A stretch of DNA of 58,897 nucleotides from positions 1-58,897 of IMG/VR virus record IMGVR_UViG_3300042914_000556; one strand, given 5' to 3'. The notes under the pieces were generated by a model. It was not told where the DNA came from and made no database searches. It saw only the letters and a program-made list of their open reading frames with translations. This document shows positions 1 to 9,149 of the stretch, piece by piece. This stretch comes from a virus. Its lineage: Duplodnaviria; Caudoviricetes. A program made the translations under genes and the position numbers. Every line of letters begins with the position of its first letter. Positions within the stretch are counted from its first letter, which is position 1.

Positions 1-140
1 TGGGGGGTGGTCAGGTCAACTACTATCATCGCCCATGCTTCCTTTCCGAGTTATCCACAGGTTTTGCGTGAATTTTTGGTATATACTTCGTTTGTCGGTT
101 GCAGAAAAACGCGCCGATACAAACTTGATAACTTAGGAGA

Positions 141-659
141 ATGACAATGGCTAAAAAGCAAACGCTGTCCATTTCAAAGTATGTTGCGGAAAAGACAAAC
201 TCCATCCGTGACATTCGCGAATCACTCACTCGCATCAAGCAAAACAAGCAAGCATTCGATGTTGCGTATGCTGCAATTAATCTTGTGGCAAGTGCTGCTC
301 AGTCTGATAACAAGGTTTATTTGTCCGCTTCCCCCGAAGCATATTATCGGTGGGATGGTGGTATCGAAATGTCAGTGTTTGCAAATATTCAACTCGAGCA
401 AGTAACCTCACTCAAGGAAGGGTTAGTACCTACAGTTCTCGAAGTGGCAACTAAGGCAGGTTTCGAATTTGATATCACACAGGATTATGCGTACGAGCAT
501 CATGCGTCACGCGATTTCAAAGCATTTGGGCATTTTGCTGGAGTACGTGTCAGATTGGTAATTACTGCAAGTTTGGCAATGGACGCTGAGAACTGCCGAC
601 GCGTCAAGGTCGGAACCGAAATCAAGGAAGTTGACAAATACGAAATTGTTTGCGATTAA
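141..659 (+). CDS. Hypothetical early protein
   Basis: 172-aa ORF, AGGAG RBS upstream, followed by an intrinsic terminator. Confidence 0.8.
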   Translation: MTMAKKQTLSISKYVAEKTNSIRDIRESLTRIKQNKQAFDVAYAAINLVASAAQSDNKVYLSASPEAYYRWDGGIEMSVFANIQLEQVTSLKEGLVPTVLEVATKAGFEFDITQDYAYEHHASRDFKAFGHFAGVRVRLVITASLAMDAENCRRVKVGTEIKEVDKYEIVCD

Positions 660-664
660 ACAAC

Positions 665-688
665 AAGCCCGCGAAAGCGGGCTTTTTT
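665..688 (+). terminator. Rho-independent terminator
   Basis: AAGCCCGC-GAAA-GCGGGCTT followed by a T tract. Confidence 0.85.
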
Positions 689-809
689 CGTCCAGCCTTA
701 ACTACTATCATCAGTTCTCGTTGACATTACTTTTTTGGCACCATGCGACGCGCGGCGTAACTACTATCATCGACTGTGGTGATAATCCCGTGGGATTAGC
801 GATCTTTGG

Positions 810-837
810 TTGACAAATTACATGGGTGTGATAATAT
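810..837 (+). promoter_or_regulatory. Sigma70-type promoter
   Basis: TTGACA-16 bp-TAATAT upstream of ORF 896. Confidence 0.6.
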
Positions 838-895
838 GTGGGTGTGGTGACAGCACATTGTAATTTTCTTAACTTGTTTACTAAGGAGAAACACC

Positions 896-1528
896 ATGTC
901 CAAAACGACAACAGTTGCCAATACCGAAACTCGCAACGCCGATATCGGGTTACTAATTAAGCAAGCTGGCAAGGCTGCAGATTCAATGTTGCAGAAATGC
1001 AAAGAAGCTGCAAAAAAGGCATCAACGCAATTAAATCCTTCGTTGCCATTAGCGCAACGCATTGAATCGGTTGTTCTTTTGTATACAGAGGATTTCAAGC
1101 AAGCCGGACATAACGTCAAAGCATTATTCAAGGATGCACTAACGCTACATGCTGCAGCGCAAACTCCGGTGTCGGTTGAGGTTATCGGCAAAGACGGCAA
1201 AAAAGCGGAAGAGCAAACTACTGCGGAAAATGCAGCAAGCTTGCCAAAGCATGCAATGCGCGAAGCTGCAAAACAGGTAAGAGAAGCGCATGGCATGGCA
1301 CGTAAGCCAGCGGCTAAAAAGCCAGCGGCTGAAGTTACCAAAACGGAAACTGCTAAGCCTGATGTCAAAACGGAAAGTGACCAATTTTCCGAATGGCTTG
1401 GTCAGATTGACGATTATCTAAAAGACAGTGTTTTTCACCAGCGCATTGTTGCTCACTTGATCAGCTTAGGTTATAACTTAGGCAAGGCAGCGACAGGCCG
1501 CGTAGTGCAAGGCAAGGCTGCAGCATAA
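896..1528 (+). CDS. Hypothetical Ala/Lys-rich early protein
   Basis: 210-aa ORF, AAGGAG RBS, own promoter and terminator. Confidence 0.8.
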   Translation: MSKTTTVANTETRNADIGLLIKQAGKAADSMLQKCKEAAKKASTQLNPSLPLAQRIESVVLLYTEDFKQAGHNVKALFKDALTLHAAAQTPVSVEVIGKDGKKAEEQTTAENAASLPKHAMREAAKQVREAHGMARKPAAKKPAAEVTKTETAKPDVKTESDQFSEWLGQIDDYLKDSVFHQRIVAHLISLGYNLGKAATGRVVQGKAAA

Positions 1529-1536
1529 CGCTCCCC

Positions 1537-1594
1537 CGCCCGCGAAAGCGGGCGCTTCACCCGTGTTACCTAAAAGGTAACACGGGATTTTTTT
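1537..1594 (+). terminator. Tandem hairpins / intrinsic terminator
   Basis: CGCCCGC-GAAA-GCGGGCG, then CCCGTGTTACC-TAAAA-GGTAACACGGG plus a 7-T tract. Confidence 0.85.
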
Positions 1595-1789
1595 GTCCAG
1601 AAAAAACCTTAATACAATAACTACTATCATCGCACTTCATTACTATCATGAGTTGCCGACGTTGCTTTTTTGATAACGCGCTAATCCCATGGGATTATAC
1701 GAATGAACGAACGAACGACCGTTCGTTATCACTCAAACTTATATGATGCGGCGCAATAAACGAATAACCCTATTCTTGACCAGTTTATA

Positions 1790-2295
1790 GGTATTCTAGA
1801 TTGATAACTATTGAGGATTGCCAATGATCATACGCGAAGTGAACACTATTTTAGATTGGAAAAATGACCCCAATCTACAAGTTAAACAAATATGTTGTCG
1901 ATGGTTTACGTAAGTGCCTGATTCTGCAGGATTGTTGCAACACAACATAGTTTAAAAAGTTGCTATATAAATAAATTAGTCTTTAGATTGGAAAAATATA
2001 AGACGAAAATTTCCAAACTGCATTTATTCCCTTGCTGCAACAGCCTGACTCTCTCAATCTAAAATTCCCCCCAAGAAATTTCTCTCTCTTACCCAAAAAC
2101 CAAACTAATTGACTAAAGTCATAAATTTCAATAACTTGCGCGCGCCCGCCAATCTAAAATTGCATCTAAAGCAACACAATCTAAACTAATTTCCAATCTA
2201 AAACCGCCCTCCCCTCTCGCTTGACACGTGGCCAACAATATGCTATAATGTTTGTCAAGTCGCAAAACCCCGATCTAAACTTGACCAATCTAATA
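1790..2295. other. AT-rich non-coding region with CAATCTAAA iteron-like repeats; candidate replication origin
   Basis: No long ORF; TTTAGATTGGAAAAAT at 1850 and 1982; CAATCTAAA at 2055, 2150, 2177, 2194 plus variants; IHF-consensus match at 1911-1923. Confidence 0.55.
2221..2249 (+). promoter_or_regulatory. Consensus sigma70 early promoter
   Basis: TTGACA-17 bp-TATAAT with extended -10 TG. Confidence 0.9.
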
Positions 2296-2487
2296 TTGAT
2301 TTTTCAACAACACATTTGCGACCGACCTAATCCCACGGGATTAACCAAAACTGCACTATATTGCATACACTCACATAACGGAGGTGCATAACACGACAGC
2401 CCAAAATAACTGACTCACTCGTAACTAATCCCATGGGATTAGCGGAACCAACGCAACACCTACTCAATTACTTACAAAGGTGACAAC

Positions 2488-2691
2488 ATGATACCAATGC
2501 AATACACAACCCCAACGGAACGCTTTCACGTTTCCAGTTATGGCAATGGGTGGGCGTATGAGATTGTTTGCCAGACCACAGGCGATTCGTTATGGTTTCA
2601 AGACCACGACGCGGACACCGTGAGAAGCGACACCGCAGACTTCACTAATGAAGATGCGATCAACTCATACTTTGAACTACTTTGCGAATAG
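2488..2691 (+). CDS. Hypothetical acidic small protein
   Basis: 67-aa ORF, AAGGTG RBS, downstream of a palindrome. Confidence 0.7.
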   Translation: MIPMQYTTPTERFHVSSYGNGWAYEIVCQTTGDSLWFQDHDADTVRSDTADFTNEDAINSYFELLCE

Positions 2692-2702
2692 GGGAACCTG
2701 CC

Positions 2703-2894
2703 ATGACATTCTTTAACAGCTACCGCACAGGGTTGCGGGCGTTCATCATCAAAACCCGTGACGGACATCCAATCGGTTATCTGTGGGCGCAGTCACGTCT
2801 AGCAGCAATCAACCGAGCAGCACGTCTTGCAGGTGAAGGGGCAACTGCGGAGTTTTTCGGTTTTGACTTCGCCCCATTGATAAAACAAAACTAA
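2703..2894 (+). CDS. Hypothetical protein
   Basis: ATG at 2703 after GGGGA; its TAA stop is the first 3 nt of a palindrome copy. Confidence 0.65.
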   Translation: MTFFNSYRTGLRAFIIKTRDGHPIGYLWAQSRLAAINRAARLAGEGATAEFFGFDFAPLIKQN

Positions 2895-2939
2895 TCCCAT
2901 GGGATTAAACAAACGACTTACTTACTCAGGAGAAACATC

Positions 2940-3827
2940 ATGGCTACAAACCACGACGTTGCACAACGCGCAGTCAACTGGTTGCATCTGAACGGTGACA
3001 TATTCAACGACCCACAGAGCACCATGCCGACCCGCGACGAGTTGCTGGAATATCCCATCAACCAATTAAACGTGCGGCACTACGCCGAGCGCATGGCGCA
3101 GGCCAAACTCAACAACGTACGCAAACTGGCAACAAAGACGTTCGGTGTATACCAAGTGCATGATAAGCACAGGAAGCAGATATTTACTGAATCCGGCGGT
3201 GTGTTCTGGCCGGTGGTTGTGGTGCAGAGTTATAACGCCAAGATTGCCAACATAGTTATCAATATGTACACACGCAAAGTCGAGCTATGGTTGACCCAGC
3301 ATTGGTACAGCAGCACGACCGACCGACACATGAGCAAAGTACGTTCAGCGTTCCTGCATGCAACGAGGTACAACAACGACACCACAGGCACAACCCTGTA
3401 CCGTGATGCAGAGATATACGAGACTTACGCCGTGGAAACCCAGACAGACCGAGTATCTTCGGCCACGTTGCGCGCACACATCGAGATAACTAGAACAAAA
3501 GACATCTTACACACGGCGATCAATCCCAAAGTGCATGAGCCAACGCGCAGGGGGGCGGTCACTGCAACGTCTTGGCGGCTGCAGACGCTGCGCAGGCACT
3601 TGGCCTACGACACACCGTACGACGATGGGCTTTTTACGACACACCACGTTACATTTTTCCCAACATCGCCGACCGGGGGGAAACTGCGCATGGATGCACT
3701 GCAGGAGATCGACGCGATGCTTGCGTTCACGACACGGCTGACGCAGACTGATGCCAACCCCGTGCCCATCGCAGACTTGCGGGCGCAGGTGGAAGCGTAC
3801 TTCGCACTGGAGGGCAACCATGGATGA
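2940..3827 (+). CDS. Hypothetical protein
   Basis: 295-aa ORF, AGGAG RBS. Confidence 0.8.
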   Translation: MATNHDVAQRAVNWLHLNGDIFNDPQSTMPTRDELLEYPINQLNVRHYAERMAQAKLNNVRKLATKTFGVYQVHDKHRKQIFTESGGVFWPVVVVQSYNAKIANIVINMYTRKVELWLTQHWYSSTTDRHMSKVRSAFLHATRYNNDTTGTTLYRDAEIYETYAVETQTDRVSSATLRAHIEITRTKDILHTAINPKVHEPTRRGAVTATSWRLQTLRRHLAYDTPYDDGLFTTHHVTFFPTSPTGGKLRMDALQEIDAMLAFTTRLTQTDANPVPIADLRAQVEAYFALEGNHG

Positions 3828-3906
3828 GCACGACTGGATAGGGGTGTTTTGCGGTATCGTGCTGGCAGGACTATTTGTCCTGCTGTACGGCGGGATTTTT
3901 CACTGA
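3820..3906 (+). CDS. Small membrane peptide (28 aa, MDEHDWIGVFCGIVLAGLFVLLYGGIFH)
   Basis: Translated by hand; GGAGG RBS; fills the gap between genes; single hydrophobic helix. Confidence 0.6.
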   Translation: MDEHDWIGVFCGIVLAGLFVLLYGGIFH

Positions 3907-3921
3907 CATACGGAGATCATC

Positions 3922-4239
3922 ATGACCATGAGAAGCATCGAAGCGCAGCGCGAGTACGAGGAAGAGTCACGCGACGAGTTCAACGCAGAGGTGGAGCAGC
4001 TAGTGCTAAACATAAGCCACGTGCTGCATGACAAAGAGTTATCAGTCTGCCTAGCGTCGCTCGCCGCTGTGATGGTGACCGTTGCCAAACAGCTACCACT
4101 GAACGACGACGAGGTTAATCCCACGGGATTAATTGCCGACCTAGATAATTTCATCGACCCACGGGAGAACTGCATGCTGGCGGTGCTGTCCGCAGCATGG
4201 GATAGCAACGTGATAACGCCCACCCTGAACTTACAGTGA
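3922..4239 (+). CDS. Hypothetical protein
   Basis: 105-aa ORF, GGAG RBS; contains an internal palindrome copy. Confidence 0.7.
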   Translation: MTMRSIEAQREYEEESRDEFNAEVEQLVLNISHVLHDKELSVCLASLAAVMVTVAKQLPLNDDEVNPTGLIADLDNFIDPRENCMLAVLSAAWDSNVITPTLNLQ

Positions 4240-4246
4240 GGAAACC

Positions 4247-4813
4247 ATGAACCACATATTACATACCACGACGTTTGTACACCCAATAACTGAACGGGAA
4301 TATACCGTGAAGATCACCCGTGATGACTGCTACGGCGCGCCGCACGACGAGCATGACGGGCATGGGGTGGTGGTGCGGCTAGACTTCGACCTCGACAACT
4401 ATGACCCCACCGAGGACGAACGCCCCGACGAGGAGAAGATGCGCATGGCGCTGTATCGCAAACTCGGGCCGTCACTCCATACATGGGATCACATGTACTA
4501 CGACTACATCGGGTCAATCCAGAGAGCCATCAGCGAATGGGGCTGCACCATGGCTGACGCACCTGCTGCTGTCGAGCAGGACTACAGATACCTGCGCGGG
4601 TGGTATCAGGGCGAGTGGGAGTGGTGCACCATCGAGGCGACGACCATCGTGGGCGGGGAGAAATTTACCAACGCCATCAGTGGGTACGAGAGCACCATCA
4701 TCCATGACCCCGACCAACTGCACGACGTGCTGCGTGACGTTACCCACGACATCGAGCACCAGATAAAACACAAGTACTACGCAGGGCAACTGGAGCTAGC
4801 CTTTTACGCTTGA
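4247..4813 (+). CDS. Hypothetical acidic phage protein
   Basis: 188-aa ORF, GAGG RBS. Confidence 0.8.
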   Translation: MNHILHTTTFVHPITEREYTVKITRDDCYGAPHDEHDGHGVVVRLDFDLDNYDPTEDERPDEEKMRMALYRKLGPSLHTWDHMYYDYIGSIQRAISEWGCTMADAPAAVEQDYRYLRGWYQGEWEWCTIEATTIVGGEKFTNAISGYESTIIHDPDQLHDVLRDVTHDIEHQIKHKYYAGQLELAFYA

Positions 4814-4838
4814 CAAACTACGGGTAATATAGTATAAT
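4810..4838 (+). promoter_or_regulatory. Consensus sigma70 promoter
   Basis: TTGACA-17 bp-TATAAT. Confidence 0.9.
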
Positions 4839-4932
4839 GTTGTTAATGGCTGATAGACACAGCCCAGTGACGTAGCAACCGCAGCACTAATCCCATGGGA
4901 TTAACCAAACTCATTTACTTACGGAGGACATC

Positions 4933-5814
4933 ATGAGTATCAAAGATCACGCATTGCTTGTGTCGTTGACGGTGAACAAACCGCAGATGACGCAGAAGGA
5001 TGACAAAGCGACAACAGACGCCGAGCTAGCCAACAACGCGCACGGTGCTGGGCAATACCGCAAGGATTTATATCCCAAGCATTTGGTGCAGCCCATACTG
5101 ACCGTGGAGAGCGCAGCCCGTGCATACATCGAGTCAAGTACGTACATGTGGAGTCGTGGACAATACCTGCTACCAACAACGCGGTTCATGGCGGTGGCCG
5201 ACCGACTGTCCAAATTCGAGGTGGAGTTCAACCAGTGCGTCACAGCGTTCCTGAACAACTGGGCGAACGTCATGACACAGGCACAGCAGTCACAAGGCGC
5301 GCTGTTTGACCCCAACGCGTACCCAGACCTGACCAAACTGAAAGAAGCGTTCCGGTTCCGTGTCATCTACACACCAGTAACAGATGCAGGTGATTTCCGT
5401 GTCCAGTTGCAAGAGGATGAGCTGACCCTGCTGCGCCAACAGACTGAAGCGGCGGTGCAAGAGTCCATGACGGCCATACTGAAAGAACCACTCGCACGAC
5501 TGCGCGAAGCGTTGTCAAAGTTACACGAGGTTGCGGGCAGGGCTGACCGTACGGTGCTCAACAAGCGCACAGGTGTGGAGGAAGTGCGGCCACCGATTTT
5601 CCGTGACTCGGTGTGTGAGAACGTCATCGACGAGATCGCACTGCTGCATGACTTCGCGGCCATGCTACCGGATAACATACTGCAGGTTGCCCAGACGGTG
5701 ACTAATGTATTGCCACGCCCACAGGAGTTACGCGACAACCCGGAGAAGCGAGACATCGTGCGCAAGCAAACCGATGCGCTGCTGTCCGTCATCGACACCA
5801 TGCTGGAGGATTGA
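4933..5814 (+). CDS. DUF3150-like helical protein, probable partner of the AAA/vWA pair
   Basis: 293 aa; resembles the family usually found beside phage AAA_5 and DUF2201 genes; family call by recognition only. Confidence 0.55.
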   Translation: MSIKDHALLVSLTVNKPQMTQKDDKATTDAELANNAHGAGQYRKDLYPKHLVQPILTVESAARAYIESSTYMWSRGQYLLPTTRFMAVADRLSKFEVEFNQCVTAFLNNWANVMTQAQQSQGALFDPNAYPDLTKLKEAFRFRVIYTPVTDAGDFRVQLQEDELTLLRQQTEAAVQESMTAILKEPLARLREALSKLHEVAGRADRTVLNKRTGVEEVRPPIFRDSVCENVIDEIALLHDFAAMLPDNILQVAQTVTNVLPRPQELRDNPEKRDIVRKQTDALLSVIDTMLED

Positions 5815-6042
5815 ATGCATCCGAACAAACTCAACGACTCAGGCTACGCCATGATCGAACAGTGCGACCGCGTTGTGCTGCCTGTCGAGGTTGCTATGCA
5901 GGTGTTCACTTTGCTATGTCAGGGCGATAGGGTATCCTACGACTGGCAGACCAAGACGTACCGGTATGACCGTGAGTATCAGCCCACACTGAAGATGATG
6001 AGCATTAAAGATTACGCAACACTGTCCATCGCAGAAGAGTAG
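5815..6042 (+). CDS. Hypothetical protein
   Basis: 75-aa ORF abutting the upstream stop. Confidence 0.65.
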   Translation: MHPNKLNDSGYAMIEQCDRVVLPVEVAMQVFTLLCQGDRVSYDWQTKTYRYDREYQPTLKMMSIKDYATLSIAEE

Positions 6043-6104
6043 TACCAAGCTAATCCCATGGGATTAGTCACACAACCAAACTTGTTAACTTAAGGAGATT
6101 TACC

Positions 6105-7109
6105 ATGCGTATCCAACACGTCACCCCTATCCTCGTCAAGCGTTACATGAACGCCAACACACGCAAGCGCACCGTGTTTTTGCGTGGGCCATCGGGTATT
6201 GGCAAGTCTGAGGTTGTCTTTCAGACCAGCGAGTTACTCGCCGAGCACATTCCCAACTGGCAGGGGGTCATTGATCTACGCTTGGCACAGATGGAGCCCA
6301 CTGACCTGCGCGGTGTGCCGTCGGTTGTCGAGGGGCGTACCGTGATGAACCGGCCTGACTATCTGCCATCCGAGGGTGCGGGCATTCTGTTTCTCGACGA
6401 GATCACCTCAGCACCACCGTCAATCCAAGCGGCGGCGTATCAGCTAGTGCTCACACCAGAGGACTACGGTATCCCTGACACATGGATGGTCATCGCTGCG
6501 GGCAACCGCAAGACTGACCGAGGTGTGACGTACAACATCGCAGCACCGCTGCAGAATCGTATGTGCGACATCGAGGTATCTACTACGCTGGATGACTTCA
6601 CCAACCATGCTGTCAAGTACATTCGCCCAGAGATTCTGTCGTTCCTGCGCGACCGCCCTGACCTGCTGCACAAGTTCGAGCCGACCGGTGATATCAAACC
6701 GTTCCCATCGCCACGCTCATGGTTCGCTGTGTCGCACACACTTGACCTCGACCTGCCAACGCAAGACCGTGTGGAGCTGATCAAGGGTGACATCGGCGAG
6801 GAAGCAGCACTCATATTCGAGACGCACCTGCGTGTGTACGAGACAATGCCGCGCCTTGACGACATCCTCAGTGGCAAAGATGTACCAGTGCCGAAGGAAC
6901 TCAACGTGCGCTATTGCGTAGCGATGGGTCTTGCTACCCGTTTGTCTGCTGATAACTTCGACAAGGCGTGGAATTTCCTTGAGAAGATGCCCGGAGATAT
7001 TCAGACGCTGACCATCAAGCTAGCGTACAAGCGTGACAAGTCACTGACTAGCAGCCCTGCGTATACCAAGTGGGCGGTTGCCAACCAAGCAGCATTCTCA
7101 CGCGCATGA
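6105..7109 (+). CDS. MoxR-like AAA+ ATPase (AAA_5)
   Basis: Walker A GPSGIGKS, Walker B ILFLDE, sensor AAGN, PLQNR arginine finger, PSPRSW motif. Confidence 0.9.
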   Translation: MRIQHVTPILVKRYMNANTRKRTVFLRGPSGIGKSEVVFQTSELLAEHIPNWQGVIDLRLAQMEPTDLRGVPSVVEGRTVMNRPDYLPSEGAGILFLDEITSAPPSIQAAAYQLVLTPEDYGIPDTWMVIAAGNRKTDRGVTYNIAAPLQNRMCDIEVSTTLDDFTNHAVKYIRPEILSFLRDRPDLLHKFEPTGDIKPFPSPRSWFAVSHTLDLDLPTQDRVELIKGDIGEEAALIFETHLRVYETMPRLDDILSGKDVPVPKELNVRYCVAMGLATRLSADNFDKAWNFLEKMPGDIQTLTIKLAYKRDKSLTSSPAYTKWAVANQAAFSRA

Positions 7110-7435
7110 GATCGATAGGCACACATAACGGCGTAGCGCCTGTCTTGGAATGGGAATACGCTGACCGTGACAATGTGCTGCATACATCCAACACGCTGTG
7201 TGCCACGATTGTGTGGCGCAAGGAATCATGGGGGCCGAATGGTACACAACGCAGAGCAGTGCGCGCAGCGCCATTCGCCTACATACGCAGCGTGGGATAT
7301 AACCCCGATGGATTGTTGTTCACCACGGGTAAGTATCTGGTAACTAGTACATCGTTCGACGCAATGCGTGAGTTCGACAGCATCGAGGATGCCAAGACCT
7401 ACGTGGAATCTATATTTGCAATGGAGACAACATGA
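7106..7435 (+). CDS. Hypothetical protein
   Basis: ATGA overlap with the ATPase stop; C-terminal FDSIEDAKTYVESI. Confidence 0.7.
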   Translation: MRSIGTHNGVAPVLEWEYADRDNVLHTSNTLCATIVWRKESWGPNGTQRRAVRAAPFAYIRSVGYNPDGLLFTTGKYLVTSTSFDAMREFDSIEDAKTYVESIFAMETT

Positions 7436-7647
7436 GCACACTTACATGGTTTGAAAACTTCGACGGCGATGCGTGGATAGGCCACGTACCACCTGTAGAG
7501 AATGATGTGTACGGTATCGTGCGCAAGCTACGACAGCCCGGGGGATACATTGCCATCATCAACCGCAGCCTTGACGTAGAGTTCTTCGAGTCACTGGAGG
7601 AAGCCAAACTTTACATCGAGTCCATTCATAGTTTAGAATCAAGCTAA
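7432..7647 (+). CDS. Hypothetical protein, C-terminus related to the upstream ORF
   Basis: ATGA overlap; FESLEEAKLYIESI; stop codon lies inside a palindrome. Confidence 0.7.
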   Translation: MSTLTWFENFDGDAWIGHVPPVENDVYGIVRKLRQPGGYIAIINRSLDVEFFESLEEAKLYIESIHSLESS

Positions 7648-7688
7648 TCCCATGGGATTAACCCTACTCATTTACTTACGGAGGTTTT

Positions 7689-8846
7689 ATGTCATCACAT
7701 GAGAAGCGCATCGATCTTGCATACAGCAAGCTAGGTCTACGCGAGCCATTCATCGCTGCAGTTATGACACGCGTCAAGCGTGAGATCACCACGTCTATAC
7801 CCACTGCAGCCACCAACGGTAGCGTGTGCAAGTACAACCCTGACTTCATGGACAAGTGGGATGACGAGCAGTTGTTCGGCCTTGTGCTGCACGAGTCATG
7901 TCACGTTGTTCTTATGCACATGTGGCGCAGAGACGGGCGTGACCCATCGCTGTGGAACTACGCCAACGACGCGATCATCAACGCGTACATCAAGTCACGC
8001 GGGTACAAGCTACCCGATGGCGGTGTGCATGTGAACTGGGTACGCGACGAGCACTCATCCGAGTATGTGTACGACAAACTCAAGAAGCAGCAAGATCAAG
8101 AGCCACAGCGCGGTAAGGGTGGTAAGGGTGACGGCGATGGCGACGACGATGCACCACAATCTCCTGCCGGTGGGTTCGACGGTAGCGGTGACTTGGAAGA
8201 TGCCGTTGACGAGGCGACACGCACTGACATGGAAGCGACCATCATTGCTGCTGCACAGATGGCGAAAGACTGCGGGCATGGGTCTGCGCTCATCGACCGT
8301 GTGCTCGACAACGTGGGCAAGTCCAACGTACGCTGGCAAGATGTTACTCGCTCGATGATGACTGAGAGTGCTGCTGCTGACTACACGTACCTACGCCCAT
8401 CACGGCGCTTCATCGGTGCAGGGTTGTATCTGCCATCGCTACGCACTGACGCGCTCGGTGGTCTTGCCATTGGCTTCGACACATCAGGTTCGATGGGGCC
8501 ACGTGAGTGCAACCAGATCGCAGCCGAGCTACAAACTATCATCAATGACCTGCAGCCCGCGTTCGTCGAGGTTGTGTATTGCGACAGCAGCGTGACGCAC
8601 GTCGAGCGGTTCGAGCGCGACGATGAGCTTGTACTGCACCCGAAGGGTGGCGGCGGCACACGGTTCAAACCTGTGTTCGATCACTTCGCTGACAGCGGTG
8701 AGCACTACTGCGGCATGATCTTTTTCACTGACATGGAAGGCGACCTCGATGAGTGCGACGAGCCAGAGTACCCAGTGATATGGGCTGACATCGGCAGATC
8801 ACACCCAGACGCACCATTCGGTACGCGTGTCGAGGTAGCGTTATGA
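7689..8846 (+). CDS. DUF2201-type metallopeptidase-like + vWA domain protein
   Basis: HESCH (HExxH), NYANDAIIN, acidic linker, MIDAS DTSGS, GGGGT, FFTD. Confidence 0.9.
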   Translation: MSSHEKRIDLAYSKLGLREPFIAAVMTRVKREITTSIPTAATNGSVCKYNPDFMDKWDDEQLFGLVLHESCHVVLMHMWRRDGRDPSLWNYANDAIINAYIKSRGYKLPDGGVHVNWVRDEHSSEYVYDKLKKQQDQEPQRGKGGKGDGDGDDDAPQSPAGGFDGSGDLEDAVDEATRTDMEATIIAAAQMAKDCGHGSALIDRVLDNVGKSNVRWQDVTRSMMTESAAADYTYLRPSRRFIGAGLYLPSLRTDALGGLAIGFDTSGSMGPRECNQIAAELQTIINDLQPAFVEVVYCDSSVTHVERFERDDELVLHPKGGGGTRFKPVFDHFADSGEHYCGMIFFTDMEGDLDECDEPEYPVIWADIGRSHPDAPFGTRVEVAL

Positions 8847-8870
8847 TTTATTCAACAACTGGAGAGTCTT

Positions 8871-9149
8871 ATGGCGACAAATGAACGCGAGATACTGAAC
8901 CGACTTGTTCGTATTGAAAGTAAACTAGTGCGCGGGTTCGAGGAACTGGGCGTTAACATCGACATTGAATCTGACTGGATTACAGTTGATGATGCGACAC
9001 GCACGGTGTACATTTCTACGCTCGGGCGGTCGCTTACTGTGATGTTAAGTGACATGGTGCGCTTAGGCGCGAAACAAATTGGTAAAGACTACGAGATTGT
9101 TCACAAGGGCACTAACGTCGGTGTGATTAACTTTAGGCCAACAACCTAA
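8871..9149 (+). CDS. Hypothetical protein
   Basis: 92 aa, GGAG RBS; stop codon lies inside a palindrome. Confidence 0.75.
   Translation: MATNEREILNRLVRIESKLVRGFEELGVNIDIESDWITVDDATRTVYISTLGRSLTVMLSDMVRLGAKQIGKDYEIVHKGTNVGVINFRPTT

Larger units (their letters stand above)
18..1650 (+). repeat. Direct repeat AACTACTATCATC, 4 copies (18-30, 700-712, 759-771, 1619-1631) plus partial TACTATCAT at 1641-1649
   Basis: Exact 13-mer read by eye, all copies in the same orientation and intergenic, flanking the first two early genes. Confidence 0.85.

Noticed and set aside
721-750. TTGACA at 721 as a promoter
   Set aside because: No -10 element at a suitable spacing
1529-2487. tRNA or known ncRNA in the long non-coding region
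   Set aside because: No cloverleaf, T-loop or recognisable RNA motif seen by eye; a covariance-model search is still needed
141-4813. Specific anti-CRISPR or anti-restriction calls for the early ORFs
   Set aside because: Position is suggestive, but I could not recognise any family from the sequence
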